A DNA stretch of 64,000 nucleotides from Mycobacterium sp. (GTDB lineage: Bacteria; Actinomycetota; Actinomycetes; Mycobacteriales; Mycobacteriaceae), in the NCBI RefSeq assembly GCF_029961025.1, contig NZ_JASBVP010000015.1:38519-102518 (forward strand), given 5' to 3'. The notes under the pieces were generated by a model. The model searched no databases and was not told the origin of the DNA. It saw only the letters and a program-made list of their open reading frames with translations. A program made the position numbers and the translations under genes. Of the stretch, positions 9,180 to 19,111 are shown one piece after another. The stretch's first letter is position 1, and each line of letters opens with the position of its first letter.

Positions 9180-10526
9180 GTGGCCGCTGACGAGCGCGGT
9201 ACCCCGTGCACGGCGGGTTCGCTGCCCGCGCGGGGCGGCATCGCGACGACACCGACGCGGCCCCGCGCCCGGATCGTCGCCGACAGCGCCGCACGCCGGC
9301 GGCGGGTGCTCAACGTCAGCGCCACGCTCGCGGCGGCGATAAGCGCCATCCTGATCGTCGTCGGCTTCTTTGCCCGGCCGGTGCTTTGGTGGGTTCAGGT
9401 GATCAGCCTGGTCGCCGCCGTGATCTTCGCGGTGGTGCCGCTGCTGCACCGGTTCGGGGAACTGGTCGGGCCGCTGACGTTTTTCGGCACCGCGTACGCG
9501 GCGATCTTCATCAACTGCGCGGCCCTGGGCACCGGCTCGGGTTTGCAGTTCTTTTTCCTGGTCGCGGCCTGTCTGGTGGTGTTGCTGCTGGGCATCGACC
9601 GGATCGGTCTGGCGGCGGCCCTGGCGGCCGTCGCCGCCGGTTTGGTGATCACCCTCGAATTCCTCGTCCCGCGCGACACCGGGCTTAAGCCTGCCTGGGT
9701 GCAGTCGCTGGGCTTCGTTTTGACCACCGTCTCCGCGTGCGTGATGGTGGTTGTCACGGTGTGGTACGCGCTGCGCGACGCCGCCCGCGCCGAAGCGGCC
9801 CGAGAGCGGGAATACCAACGATCCGAGGCGCTGCTGGCCAACATCATGCCGGCCAGCATCGCCGACCGGCTGAAAGACCCGACGCACGGCATTATCGCCG
9901 ACCGGTACGACGAGGCCTCGGTGCTGTTCGCCGACATCGCCGATTTCACCGAGAAGGCGAGCGACATGGCCCCCGACACGCTGATCCGGTTCCTCGACCG
10001 GGTGTATAGCGCCTTCGACGCGCTGGTTGAGCGGCACGGCCTGGAGAAGATCAAAGTCAGCGGGGATTCCTACATGGTGGTCAGCGGGGTCCCCCACCCG
10101 CGGCCCGATCACCTCGAGGCGCTGGCCGCGCTGGCGCTCGACATGGCCGACGCCGCCGGCCGACTGCAGGACGCGGACGGCAACGGCCTGCCGCTGCGCA
10201 TCGGCCTGGCCACCGGCCCGGTGGTCGCCGGGGTCGTGGGTTCGCGCCGGTTCTTTTATGACGTGTGGGGCGACGCGGTCAACGTCGCATCCCGGATGCA
10301 GGCCACCGATTCGATCGGGCGGATTCACGTGCCCGAGGCCGTCTACGAACGGCTGAAAAACGACTTCGTGCTGCAAGAGCGGGGCGCCGTGCAGGTCAAG
10401 GGAAAAGGCGTGATGCGCACCTGGTACCTGGTCGGCCGCAAAGACGACACCGGTTGGGCCGGACCGCTTGCGGCAGCGCCCAACGACGCGTCCCGCCAGC
10501 GAGCCGCCGGGAACCGGGCGCGCTGA
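9180..10526 (+). CDS. cya: Membrane-anchored class III adenylyl cyclase (Rv1625c)
   Basis: Six TM segments; VLFADI, EKIKVSGDSY, FFYDVWGDAVNVASRM. TAGGCT lies 6 nt before GTG 9180. Confidence 0.93.
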   Translation: MAADERGTPCTAGSLPARGGIATTPTRPRARIVADSAARRRRVLNVSATLAAAISAILIVVGFFARPVLWWVQVISLVAAVIFAVVPLLHRFGELVGPLTFFGTAYAAIFINCAALGTGSGLQFFFLVAACLVVLLLGIDRIGLAAALAAVAAGLVITLEFLVPRDTGLKPAWVQSLGFVLTTVSACVMVVVTVWYALRDAARAEAAREREYQRSEALLANIMPASIADRLKDPTHGIIADRYDEASVLFADIADFTEKASDMAPDTLIRFLDRVYSAFDALVERHGLEKIKVSGDSYMVVSGVPHPRPDHLEALAALALDMADAAGRLQDADGNGLPLRIGLATGPVVAGVVGSRRFFYDVWGDAVNVASRMQATDSIGRIHVPEAVYERLKNDFVLQERGAVQVKGKGVMRTWYLVGRKDDTGWAGPLAAAPNDASRQRAAGNRAR

Positions 10527-10552
10527 CCCGAGGTATGTGGGACACTGGGTTC

Positions 10553-11149
10553 ATGGAAACCCAGGCGGTCCCAATCTTGTTGCCGCACCTGTGGAAGTCC
10601 ACCCTGGTCTCGGGCTTTCTGGCGCTGGCCTTGGGTATTGCGGTAGTGGTTTGGCCGGGGAAATCTATCCTGGTCGCTGCCATCGTTTTCGGCGCCTACC
10701 TGCTGATCACCGGCATCGCGCAGGTCGTTTTCGCCTTCGCCCTGCGGGTGTCCACCGGCGGGCGGGTGCTGCTGCTCATCAGCGGGGCGGCATCGCTGAT
10801 TTTGGCGCTGCTGTGCTTTCGCAGTCTTGCTAACTCCGTTCTGCTGTTGGCGATTTGGATTGGCGTCGGATTCATCTTTCGCGGCGTGGCAACGTCGGTG
10901 TCCGCCATCGGCGACGCTGCGCTCCCGGGCCGCGGCTGGGCGATTTTCCTCGGTGTGATCAGCCTGTTAGCCGGCATCGTCATGCTGGCTTCGCCGTTCA
11001 CCTCGTTGGAGATACTGACGCTGGTCGTCGGCATCTGGCTCGTCGTCATCGGGGTATTCGAGGTGGTGTCGGGGTTTGGCATGCGCACCGCGATCAAGGC
11101 GATCACCGGTGCGGTGCCGGAAGCCGCGTCGAAAGAAGCCCCGGCGTGA
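10553..11149 (+). CDS. HdeD/DUF308-family membrane protein (Rv1624c-like)
   Basis: LPHLWKSTL..GAYLLITGIAQV..IFRGVATSV repeated DUF308 units; synteny. Alternative ATG at 10535. Confidence 0.88.
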   Translation: METQAVPILLPHLWKSTLVSGFLALALGIAVVVWPGKSILVAAIVFGAYLLITGIAQVVFAFALRVSTGGRVLLLISGAASLILALLCFRSLANSVLLLAIWIGVGFIFRGVATSVSAIGDAALPGRGWAIFLGVISLLAGIVMLASPFTSLEILTLVVGIWLVVIGVFEVVSGFGMRTAIKAITGAVPEAASKEAPA

Positions 11150-11176
11150 CCGGCCCGCCGGGGTGCCGGAGCTATT

Positions 11177-11196
11177 TACTACATTATGTCGTAGTA
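11177..11196. promoter_or_regulatory. AT-rich palindromic operator candidate upstream of cydA
   Basis: TACTAC-ATTAT-GTCGTA-GTA; also reads as TACTAC-N8-GTAGTA. Confidence 0.55.
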
Positions 11197-11231
11197 CTAT
11201 GTGGTAGCACCGCGTCCCTGGGAGATGGCAG

Positions 11232-12698
11232 ATGAACGTCGTCGACATGTCACGGTGGCAGTTCGGTATCACCACCGTCTACCACTTCATCTTCGTGCCG
11301 CTCACCATGGGCTTGGCCCCGATCCTGGCGGTGATGCAGACCGTGTGGATGGTCACCGGCAACACCGCTTGGTATCGCCTCACCAAGTTCTTCGGCAAAC
11401 TGTTTTTGATCAACTTCGCGATCGGGGTGGCGACCGGGATCGTGCAGGAGTTCCAGTTCGGGATGAACTGGAGCGAGTACTCCCGCTTCGTCGGGGACAT
11501 TTTCGGGGCCCCGCTGGCGTTCGAAGGGTTGATCGCGTTCTTCTTCGAATCGACGTTCATCGGGCTGTGGATCTTCGGCTGGGGCCGGCTGCCCCGGTGG
11601 CTGCACCTGGCCACCATCTGGATCGTGGCGATCGGGGTGGAATCGTCCGCGTTTTTCATCATCACCGCCAACGCCTTCATGCAGCACCCGGTCGGCGCCC
11701 GCTTCAACCCGCGCACCGGCCGCGCCGAACTGACCGACTTCGGCGCCCTGTTGACCAACAACACCGCCATCTGGGCGTTTTTGCACACCGTCACCGCGTC
11801 GTTGCTCACCGCCGGCACGTTCGTCGCCGGGGTGTCGGCCTGGTTGATGGTCCGCGAGCACAAGCACGCCGCCGACGCGGCCGAGCAGGCCCGCAGCATG
11901 TTCCGACCGGCCACCATCGCCAGCAGCGTTCTGGTTCTCCTGACGGCGGTGGTGTTGCTGTACCCCACCGGGGACACTCAGGGCAAACTGATGTTTCGCC
12001 AGCAGCCGATGAAAATGGCGTCGGCCGAATCGTTGTGCCACACCGAAACCGATCCGAGCTTTTCGATCCTGACCATCGGCACGCACAACAACTGCGAAAG
12101 TGTCACCCGCGTCGTCACGGCCCTCTACGTGCTGCCGTTTCTCGCCGAAGGCAAGTTCAGCGGCGTCACCCTGCAGGGTGTGGAAGATCTGCAGCGGCAG
12201 TATCAGAGCCGTTTCGGGCCCGGCGATTACCGGCCCAACCTGTTCGTGACCTATTGGTCGTTTCGGATCATGATCGGCTTGCTGGCGATCCCGGTGCTCT
12301 TCGCGTTGGCGGCGCTGTGGGTCACCCGCCGGGGCCGGGTTCCCGATCAGCGGTGGCTGGGGCGATTGGGTGTGCTCAGCATTCCCACACCGTTTCTGGC
12401 GTGTGAAGCGGGGTGGGTGTTCACCGAGATGGGCCGCCAGCCGTGGGTGGTCGCGCCCAACCCGACCGGCGACCAGGCGGTGCGCCTCACCGTAAACGGC
12501 GGGGTCTCCCCTGTCACCTCGTCGACGGTGATGACATCTTTGGTGGTCTTCACCCTCGTCTACGGGGTGCTGGCGGTGCTGTGGTTCTTCCTGATCCGCC
12601 GCTACGTACTGGAGGGTCCGCAAGAACACGACGCCGAGCCGGCGCCGCCGCGGCCGCCGGGCGAGGCCGAGGTCGCGCCACTGTCGTTCGCCTACTGA
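11232..12698 (+). CDS. cydA: Cytochrome bd ubiquinol oxidase subunit I
   Basis: SRWQF..TVYHFIFVPLT (H19), FAIGVATGIVQEFQFG, PMKMASAE, GWVFTEMGRQPW. Confidence 0.98.
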   Translation: MNVVDMSRWQFGITTVYHFIFVPLTMGLAPILAVMQTVWMVTGNTAWYRLTKFFGKLFLINFAIGVATGIVQEFQFGMNWSEYSRFVGDIFGAPLAFEGLIAFFFESTFIGLWIFGWGRLPRWLHLATIWIVAIGVESSAFFIITANAFMQHPVGARFNPRTGRAELTDFGALLTNNTAIWAFLHTVTASLLTAGTFVAGVSAWLMVREHKHAADAAEQARSMFRPATIASSVLVLLTAVVLLYPTGDTQGKLMFRQQPMKMASAESLCHTETDPSFSILTIGTHNNCESVTRVVTALYVLPFLAEGKFSGVTLQGVEDLQRQYQSRFGPGDYRPNLFVTYWSFRIMIGLLAIPVLFALAALWVTRRGRVPDQRWLGRLGVLSIPTPFLACEAGWVFTEMGRQPWVVAPNPTGDQAVRLTVNGGVSPVTSSTVMTSLVVFTLVYGVLAVLWFFLIRRYVLEGPQEHDAEPAPPRPPGEAEVAPLSFAY

Positions 12699-12714
12699 AA
12701 GGGGTTGACTCGCA

Positions 12715-13755
12715 GTGGGATTGCAACAGCTGTGGTTCGTGATCATCGCGGCGATGTTTTTGGGGTTTTTGATCCTCGAGGGCTTCGACTTCGGCGTCGG
12801 GATGCTGATGGCGCCGGTCGGAATGGTCGGGCCGGGCGATCCCGAGGCCAACCGCCGCGCCCTGCTTAACACCATCGGTCCGGTGTGGGACGGCAATGAG
12901 GTGTGGTTAATCACCGCGGGTGCGGCGATGTTCGCGGCGTTTCCGAACTGGTATGCGGCGCTGTTCTCGGCGTTGTATCTCCCGCTGCTGGCGATCCTGT
13001 TCGGGATGATCGTGCGCTCGGTCGCAATCGAGTGGCGCGGCAAGATCGACGACCCGAAATGGCGGGCCTGGGCCGACTTCGGCATCGCGGCCGGATCCTG
13101 GCTGCCCGCGGTGCTGTGGGGTGTGGCGTTCGCGATCCTGGTGCGCGGGCTGCCGATCGACGCAGCGCACCGGGTGCACCCGGGGATCGGCGATGTGCTC
13201 AACGCCTACACACTGCTCGGCGGGCTGGCGACGGCGGCGCTGTTTTTGTTCTATGGCGCGGTGTTCAGCGCGCTGAAAACCGGGGGATCGGTGCGCGACA
13301 CCGCGTTTCGGTTCGCGCGGTGGCTCTCCGCGCCGGCTGTGGTGCTGGCGGGCAGCTTCGGGCTGTGGACCCAACTGGGCTACGGCAAGCCCTGGACATG
13401 GCCGGCGCTGGGCGTCGCGGTCCTCGCGCTGCTCACCGCTGTGATGCTGATGCGCGTCCAAGGCCGCGAGGGCGCAGCGTTTTTCGCGATGACGGTGGTG
13501 ATCGCCGGGGTGGCAGTGCTGCTCTTCGGCTCACTGTACCCGAATCTGCTGCCGTCGACCCTCAACCCGGCCTGGGGTGTGACGATCTACAACGGCTCGT
13601 CGACCGGCTACACCCTGAAGATCATGACGTGGGCGTCGCTCACCTTGGTTCCCCTTGTCATTGCCTATCAAGGGTGGACGTATTGGGTTTTCCGGCAGCG
13701 GATCTCGGCCGAGAACATCCCCCCGTCGATCGGTCTGGCGAGGCACGTGTCCTGA
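12715..13755 (+). CDS. cydB: Cytochrome bd ubiquinol oxidase subunit II
   Basis: LEGFDFGVG, IGPVWDGNEVWLI, FAAFPNWYA. Confidence 0.98.
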   Translation: MGLQQLWFVIIAAMFLGFLILEGFDFGVGMLMAPVGMVGPGDPEANRRALLNTIGPVWDGNEVWLITAGAAMFAAFPNWYAALFSALYLPLLAILFGMIVRSVAIEWRGKIDDPKWRAWADFGIAAGSWLPAVLWGVAFAILVRGLPIDAAHRVHPGIGDVLNAYTLLGGLATAALFLFYGAVFSALKTGGSVRDTAFRFARWLSAPAVVLAGSFGLWTQLGYGKPWTWPALGVAVLALLTAVMLMRVQGREGAAFFAMTVVIAGVAVLLFGSLYPNLLPSTLNPAWGVTIYNGSSTGYTLKIMTWASLTLVPLVIAYQGWTYWVFRQRISAENIPPSIGLARHVS

Positions 13756-15419
13756 GCCGAAACCGCCGAGCCCCCCTCGATCCACGGCTGTGGCGAGCGT
13801 CGAGCACGCTGCGCCGTTTCCTGGCCGCCACGGTGGCCTGCGGTGCGGTGATCTCGGGTTGTGCCGTCGCGTCGGCGATCGTGTTGGCGCACATGGTCGC
13901 CGGCGTCATCACCGATCCGTCCCGGCGCAGCCTGCACTTTTGGCTGTGGCCACTGTCAATGCTGCTGATACTGTGGGGAATTCGCACCGCGACCCGTTGG
14001 ATTCAGGCGCGCCTGGGCCAGCGGGGCGCCAGCGCGGCGATCGCCGAGCTCACCGCTCAAGTGCTGACGGCGGTGACGGCCCGAGAACCCCGCACGCTGG
14101 TCGCCCAGCGCGATCTCGCCGCCGCGGTGGTGACGCGTGGCCTCGACGGGTTGCGTCCCTACTTCACCACATACCTGCCGTCATTGCTGCTGGCCGCGAT
14201 CCTGACTCCGGCTACGGTCGCCGTGATCGCGGTCTATGACGTGAAATCGGCTGCGATCGCGGTGATCACGCTTCCGTTGATACCGATATTCATGGTGCTG
14301 ATCGGTCTGGCAACCGCCGAACGGTCGGCGGGCGCGCTGGCGGCGATGACCACACTGCAGGCCCGGCTGCTGGATCTGATCGCCGGACTGCCGACGCTGC
14401 GGGCGCTCGGGCGCGCCAGCGGGCCTGAGCACCGCATCGCGGAACTGGCTGGCGCCCATCGCCGCTCGACGATGGCGGCGCTGCGGATTGCGTTTCTGTC
14501 GGCCCTGGTGCTCGAGCTGCTGGCCACCTTGGGTGTGGCCCTGATTGCGGTCGGAATCGGCCTGCGCCTGGTGTTCGGCGGGATGACCCTGGCGACCGGG
14601 TTGACGGTGTTGTTGCTGGCGCCGGACGTGTACTGGCCGCTACGGCGGATCGGTGTGGAATTCCATGCCGCCGAGGATGGGAGAGCCGCGGCCGACCAAG
14701 CCCTCGCGCTCATCGACACCCCGACGCCGGCAAGGCGGGGACGGTTGACGGTATCCGCGCGGGGCGCGGTGATCCACCTCGAGCGACTGACCGTCGAGGG
14801 CCGCGACGGGCCCTCGCCGCGCGATCTCACCGCGGTGATCGAACCGGGCCGGGTGACCGTGCTGACCGGGCCGAACGGCGCGGGGAAAAGCACGGCCCTG
14901 CAGGCGATCGCGGGACTGACCACGCCGTCCTCGGGGCGCATCAGCGTGGCCGGGGTGGATGTCGCCGATCTTGACCCGGCCGCCTGGTGGCGGCAGCTGT
15001 CCTGGCTGCCGCAGCGCCCGATGCTGATCCCGGGTTCCGTCGCCGCCAATCTGAGGTTGTTCGGCGACCTCGTCGACATCGACGCCGCGTGCGCGGCATC
15101 GGGATTCGACTCCGTGCTGAAGGAGCTGCCCGACGGGCTGCATACCGCCCTCGGGCGCGGCGGCGCCGGACTCTCGCTGGGTCAGCGGCAACGGCTCGGC
15201 CTGGCCCGTGCCCTGGGATCGCCCGCCCCGGTGCTGCTGCTCGACGAGCCGACCGCCCACCTGGACGCCGCGACCGAGGATCGGGTGCTGCGGGCCATCG
15301 TGGCGCGGGCACGCGCCGGCGCCACCGTGGTGGTCGTCGGTCATCGCCCCCGCGTCCTGGCGATCGGTGACCACGTCGTCGAGGTGGTCGGAGGGGAAGC
15401 GCGTCATGCGCCGGTCTGA
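13752..15419 (+). CDS. cydD: Thiol-reductant ABC exporter subunit CydD (start uncertain: CTG 13752 or GTG 13833)
   Basis: TMD plus GPNGAGKST Walker A, LSLGQRQR signature, LLLDEP; position in cyd operon. Confidence 0.93.
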   Translation: MSRNRRAPLDPRLWRASSTLRRFLAATVACGAVISGCAVASAIVLAHMVAGVITDPSRRSLHFWLWPLSMLLILWGIRTATRWIQARLGQRGASAAIAELTAQVLTAVTAREPRTLVAQRDLAAAVVTRGLDGLRPYFTTYLPSLLLAAILTPATVAVIAVYDVKSAAIAVITLPLIPIFMVLIGLATAERSAGALAAMTTLQARLLDLIAGLPTLRALGRASGPEHRIAELAGAHRRSTMAALRIAFLSALVLELLATLGVALIAVGIGLRLVFGGMTLATGLTVLLLAPDVYWPLRRIGVEFHAAEDGRAAADQALALIDTPTPARRGRLTVSARGAVIHLERLTVEGRDGPSPRDLTAVIEPGRVTVLTGPNGAGKSTALQAIAGLTTPSSGRISVAGVDVADLDPAAWWRQLSWLPQRPMLIPGSVAANLRLFGDLVDIDAACAASGFDSVLKELPDGLHTALGRGGAGLSLGQRQRLGLARALGSPAPVLLLDEPTAHLDAATEDRVLRAIVARARAGATVVVVGHRPRVLAIGDHVVEVVGGEARHAPV

Positions 15420-17127
15420 TCCGCTGCTGATGGCGTTGCGCCTGCTGCGACCGCGGTTACCCCGATTCCTGCTTGCGCTCTCGCTGGGGGCGGCGTCGCT
15501 GGCCAGCGCGCTGGCGCTCGCCGGGGTGTCGGCCTGGCTGATCACCCGCGCCTGGCAAATGCCTCCGGTGCTGGATCTGACGATCGCGGCCGTCACGGTC
15601 CGGGCGTTGGCGATTTCCCGTGGCGTGCTGCACTATTGGGAGCGACTGGCCGCCCACGACACCGCGCTGCGCGGGGCGGGCGCGGCCCGCGCCGGGATCT
15701 ATCACCGGCTCGCGCACGGACCCGCCGACGCCGCGGTCCGCCTGCACAGCGGCGAACTGCTCACGCGGGTCGGCGCGGACGTCGACGAGCTGGCCAATGT
15801 GTTGGTGCGCGCGTTGTTGCCGATCGGTGTGGCGGCCGTGCTGGCGCTGGCGGCGACCGCGGTCATCGCCGCGATCTCACCGTCGGCAGCGGGGGTGTTG
15901 GCGGTTTGCCTGCTCATCGCCGGCGGGTTGTCGCCCTGGCTGGCCGCCCGCGCCGCCGCCGCCCAGGAAGCGCTCGCCCGTCACCATCATTCCGCTCGTG
16001 ACGTGGCCACGATGATCGCGCTGGAGCACGCGCCCGAACTGCGTGTCGGTGGCACCCTGGCCGCTCTCGTCGCCGAGTCGCAACACCGCCACCGGGAGTG
16101 GGGCTTCGCGGTCGACGCCGCCGCGCGGCCGGCTGCCATCGCCGAGGCGATGCCCACCGCAGCGGTCGGCGTCAGCGTGCTCGGCGCGGTCGTGGCCGGA
16201 ATCGGGCTGGCCTCCGCGGTCGCACCCACCACCCTGGCGGTGCTGATGCTGCTGCCGCTGTCCGCGTTCGAGTCGACGGTGCCGTTGCCGGCCGCCGCCG
16301 TGCAGCTGACCCGCTCACGAATCGCGGCGCGCCGACTGCTCGGCCTCACCGGCCCCGAGCCGACGGTCCCCGCCCCCCCGGCCGAGACCGCCACGGCACC
16401 GGCACCGCCCCGCCCGACCGGGCGGCTGCGCGCCGACGTGTGCACCCGTCATCCGGAGAACCGGGTGGCAATCGATCTGGCGCCGGGCGCCAGGCTGGCG
16501 GTCACCGGCGCCAGCGGCTCGGGCAAGACGACGCTGCTGATGACACTCGCCGGCCTGCTGGCGCCGCAACACGGCCGGGTCCTGCTGGACGGGGTTCCCA
16601 TAAACCTGCTCAACGAAAGCGAGTTACGTCAAGCGATAACTTTTTTCGCTGAAGATGCGCACATCTTCGCCACCACCGTGCGGGACAACCTGTTGGTCGC
16701 TCGCGGGGACTGCCGCGATGACGAGCTGACGGCGGCGCTGCGCCGGGTCGGCCTCGGCCGGTGGCTGGGCGGTCTGCCCGAAGGGCTCGACACCGTGTTG
16801 ACCGGTGGGGCGCAGGCCCTCTCGGCGGGTCAGCGCCGACGCCTGCTGTTGGCCCGCGCGGTGATCTCACCGGCACGGATCGTCTTGCTCGACGAGCCGG
16901 CCGAGCACCTGGACGCGGCCGATGCGCAGGGTGTGCTGCGCGCCCTGCTGGACCCGCACGGCGGACTGTTGGCCCCGGAGCGCACGGTTGTGGTGGCCAC
17001 TCATCAGCTGCCCGCCGACATCGGATGTTCGCACCTACGAGTCGGTCCGCCCGGGTACGCTGACCTTCGATCCGCCGGCACCGATGGGAGCGCGAGTCAT
17101 GACGACACCCGCGGGCACACCCGCTGA
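15406..17127 (+). CDS. cydC: Thiol-reductant ABC exporter subunit CydC
   Basis: AWLITRAWQMPP..ERLAAHD; GASGSGKTT, LSAGQRRR, LLDEP. ATG 15406 overlaps the cydD end. Confidence 0.95.
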   Translation: MRRSDPLLMALRLLRPRLPRFLLALSLGAASLASALALAGVSAWLITRAWQMPPVLDLTIAAVTVRALAISRGVLHYWERLAAHDTALRGAGAARAGIYHRLAHGPADAAVRLHSGELLTRVGADVDELANVLVRALLPIGVAAVLALAATAVIAAISPSAAGVLAVCLLIAGGLSPWLAARAAAAQEALARHHHSARDVATMIALEHAPELRVGGTLAALVAESQHRHREWGFAVDAAARPAAIAEAMPTAAVGVSVLGAVVAGIGLASAVAPTTLAVLMLLPLSAFESTVPLPAAAVQLTRSRIAARRLLGLTGPEPTVPAPPAETATAPAPPRPTGRLRADVCTRHPENRVAIDLAPGARLAVTGASGSGKTTLLMTLAGLLAPQHGRVLLDGVPINLLNESELRQAITFFAEDAHIFATTVRDNLLVARGDCRDDELTAALRRVGLGRWLGGLPEGLDTVLTGGAQALSAGQRRRLLLARAVISPARIVLLDEPAEHLDAADAQGVLRALLDPHGGLLAPERTVVVATHQLPADIGCSHLRVGPPGYADLRSAGTDGSASHDDTRGHTR

Positions 17128-17704
17128 TAGGCCTTCCGACGGGTCGGCGAGTAAACCCGAAATCCCCACGAATCCACCGGAAACCCCGCCGTCACCGCCC
17201 TACCTGCAGTCCGGCGGGTACTCCCCGCAGCCCTACCCGTACGCGCCGGCCCCCTATCCCGGGGGCTCGCCCCCACCCTCGTGGCAACCCTATCCCGGCT
17301 CTTTTCCGCCACCGGTCGCCCCGAAAAACGGGCTGGGCATCGCATCGCTGGTGCTGGCGATCGTCGCGCTGATGCTGGTGTGGTCGGTGCTCGGCGGTGT
17401 CCTGGTGGGCGCCACCGCGGCGGTCGTCGGGCTCGCCGCGCGCAGACGGGTCAGGCGCGGTGAAGCCACCAACGGCGGGGTTGCCGTTGCGGGGGTCGTG
17501 CTGGGCATCGTCGCGATCGTCGTCGGTGTGATCTTCGTCCCGATCTGGATGGGCCTGTGGCACGAAGCCGGCGGAGGAGACTACCTCACCTGCTTGCAGA
17601 AGGCCGGCTCGGACAGCGTCAAACAGCAGCGGTGCGTGGAGCGGTTCCGGGAACGCATCCAGGAGAAATTCAGCATCACACCGGCTCCCACACCGTCGCC
17701 GTAG
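17099..17704 (+). CDS. DUF4190-domain membrane protein with Pro-rich N-terminus
   Basis: Pro/Tyr-rich tail, then KNGLGIASLVLAI..RRRVRRGEATNGGVAVAGVVLG; C-terminal Cys pair. Confidence 0.85.
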   Translation: MTTPAGTPADRPSDGSASKPEIPTNPPETPPSPPYLQSGGYSPQPYPYAPAPYPGGSPPPSWQPYPGSFPPPVAPKNGLGIASLVLAIVALMLVWSVLGGVLVGATAAVVGLAARRRVRRGEATNGGVAVAGVVLGIVAIVVGVIFVPIWMGLWHEAGGGDYLTCLQKAGSDSVKQQRCVERFRERIQEKFSITPAPTPSP

Positions 17705-17723
17705 CCGTAGCCGTCCGCGGGCC

Positions 17724-18165
17724 TTAGAGCCGGCGCCGACGCGGCAGGAACTCCAGCGACAACAGCACATAGGCCCCGATTCCCGGCGCCGAACAGTTCC
17801 GGGAAGGCCGCGAACGCCAGGGATACCCGTTGCACGCCAGCATCTTTGGCCGCTGCCACCATGTCGGTGCTAAGCCGTTCGTCGATGCCGTTGGGGGCTC
17901 CGCGGCGGTTCCGGGGGGCGTCCAGGGTGATGTCGCTGCCGCCACCGGCGGTCGCGTCGCGCTGAAAGCCGGCGCAGCGGCCGGCCGATGACCTCCCGGT
18001 CGCTCCACAACCCCAGCCGCCGCTCGCTGCGGGCCAGCAGCACGATCCGCCAGCCGCGGACGCGACACATGGCGGCGAAATCGGCGACCCGCTGCGGAAA
18101 CTGCGTCTCGCCGCCGATCGGATCGCCGCTGACCACCGCATACCTGGTGCGCGTCCGGACGGCTA
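17724..18165 (-). pseudogene. Fragmented remnant of an Rv1619-like DUF2156 (MprF/LysX synthase-domain) gene
   Basis: Three homologous blocks in three frames: AVRTR.YAVVSGDPIG..WRIV..SERRLGLWSD; ATAGGGSDITLD..APNGIDERLS.DM.AAAKDAGVQRVSLAFAAFP; VLLSLEFLPRRRRL*. No N-terminal TM region. Confidence 0.82.
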
Positions 18166-19044
18166 TCGGCCAGGCCCCGGGAAGTACTTCACGACACCTT
18201 CCTGCACCACGGTCGCAACGAGCCGGCCGCACCGGTCGAAGAAATGCCCGGTGCCCAGCCCGCGCGAATCGGCGGCCACCGGTGACGACGTCGAATACAG
18301 CACCCAATCGCCGAAGTCGACCGGCCGGTGAAACCACACCGAGTGGTTGGTGGTCGCGGCGAAAATCCGGTCAACCCCCCACGACAGCCCGTGGGTGGTG
18401 ATCACCGAGTCCAGCACCGTGGTGTCCGAGCAGTACACCATCGCCGCGGTGTGCAGCACCGGGTCGTCGGGCAGCACACCGCCCGCCTTGACCCAGACCC
18501 GGTTGAACGTCAGCCGCTCGCCTTTGGCGCGCATCACCCACGTGGGGTCGTTGGTGTAGCGCCAATCGATCGGCTGCAGCGCGTTGACGAAGAGCGGAAC
18601 GGTGTCCTCGTAGCCGCGCAGCAGTTCGGTGACCGGCGGCAGGGTGTCCGGTGGGGCGACCTCGGGCGGATCGATTCCGTGCTCGAGGCTGCGGCCGCCG
18701 GAGAGATACGAGATCATCGCCGACGCCAGCAGCGTGCCGTCCTGTGTCGCGTCCACTCGCCGGTTGGCAAAGCGGCGCTCGTCGCGCAGCCGGGTCACCC
18801 GGAATTCGATGTCCTTGGCGGTGTCGCCGCCGTTGATGAAGTGCACCGACAGCGCGGTGGGCGGCAGGTCGCGGGTCAGGGTGCGGCTGGCCGCGACGAA
18901 CGATTGCGCCATCAGCTGGCCGCCGAACGTCCGCGGCGGATTCTTGCTTGGATGCGAGCCGATGAACAAGTCGTCGGCGATCGGGCTGAGGTCCAGGACC
19001 GCCAGCAGTTGCTCGAAGTCAGACGCCGTGTGTTTCTCCCTCAT
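18163..19044 (-). CDS. tesB: Acyl-CoA thioesterase II (Rv1618)
   Basis: RTFGGQLMAQS, SVHFINGG, YCSDTTVLD, NHSVWFHRP, VVQEG. Confidence 0.93.
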   Translation of the reverse strand: MREKHTASDFEQLLAVLDLSPIADDLFIGSHPSKNPPRTFGGQLMAQSFVAASRTLTRDLPPTALSVHFINGGDTAKDIEFRVTRLRDERRFANRRVDATQDGTLLASAMISYLSGGRSLEHGIDPPEVAPPDTLPPVTELLRGYEDTVPLFVNALQPIDWRYTNDPTWVMRAKGERLTFNRVWVKAGGVLPDDPVLHTAAMVYCSDTTVLDSVITTHGLSWGVDRIFAATTNHSVWFHRPVDFGDWVLYSTSSPVAADSRGLGTGHFFDRCGRLVATVVQEGVVKYFPGPGR

Positions 19045-19111
19045 CGCTGGCTGCACCGGCCCTCTCCGCGAGACGGGCCGGTCGTGCGTCGGCCCCGCGC
19101 CGGATCGCGGA

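Noticed and set aside
8544-9200. Integrative element at tRNA-Leu
   Set aside because: No integrase and no duplicated att sequence found.
17041-17127. CydC C-terminal extension overlapping DUF4190 by 29 nt
   Set aside because: Probably simple stop-codon drift; no sign of function.
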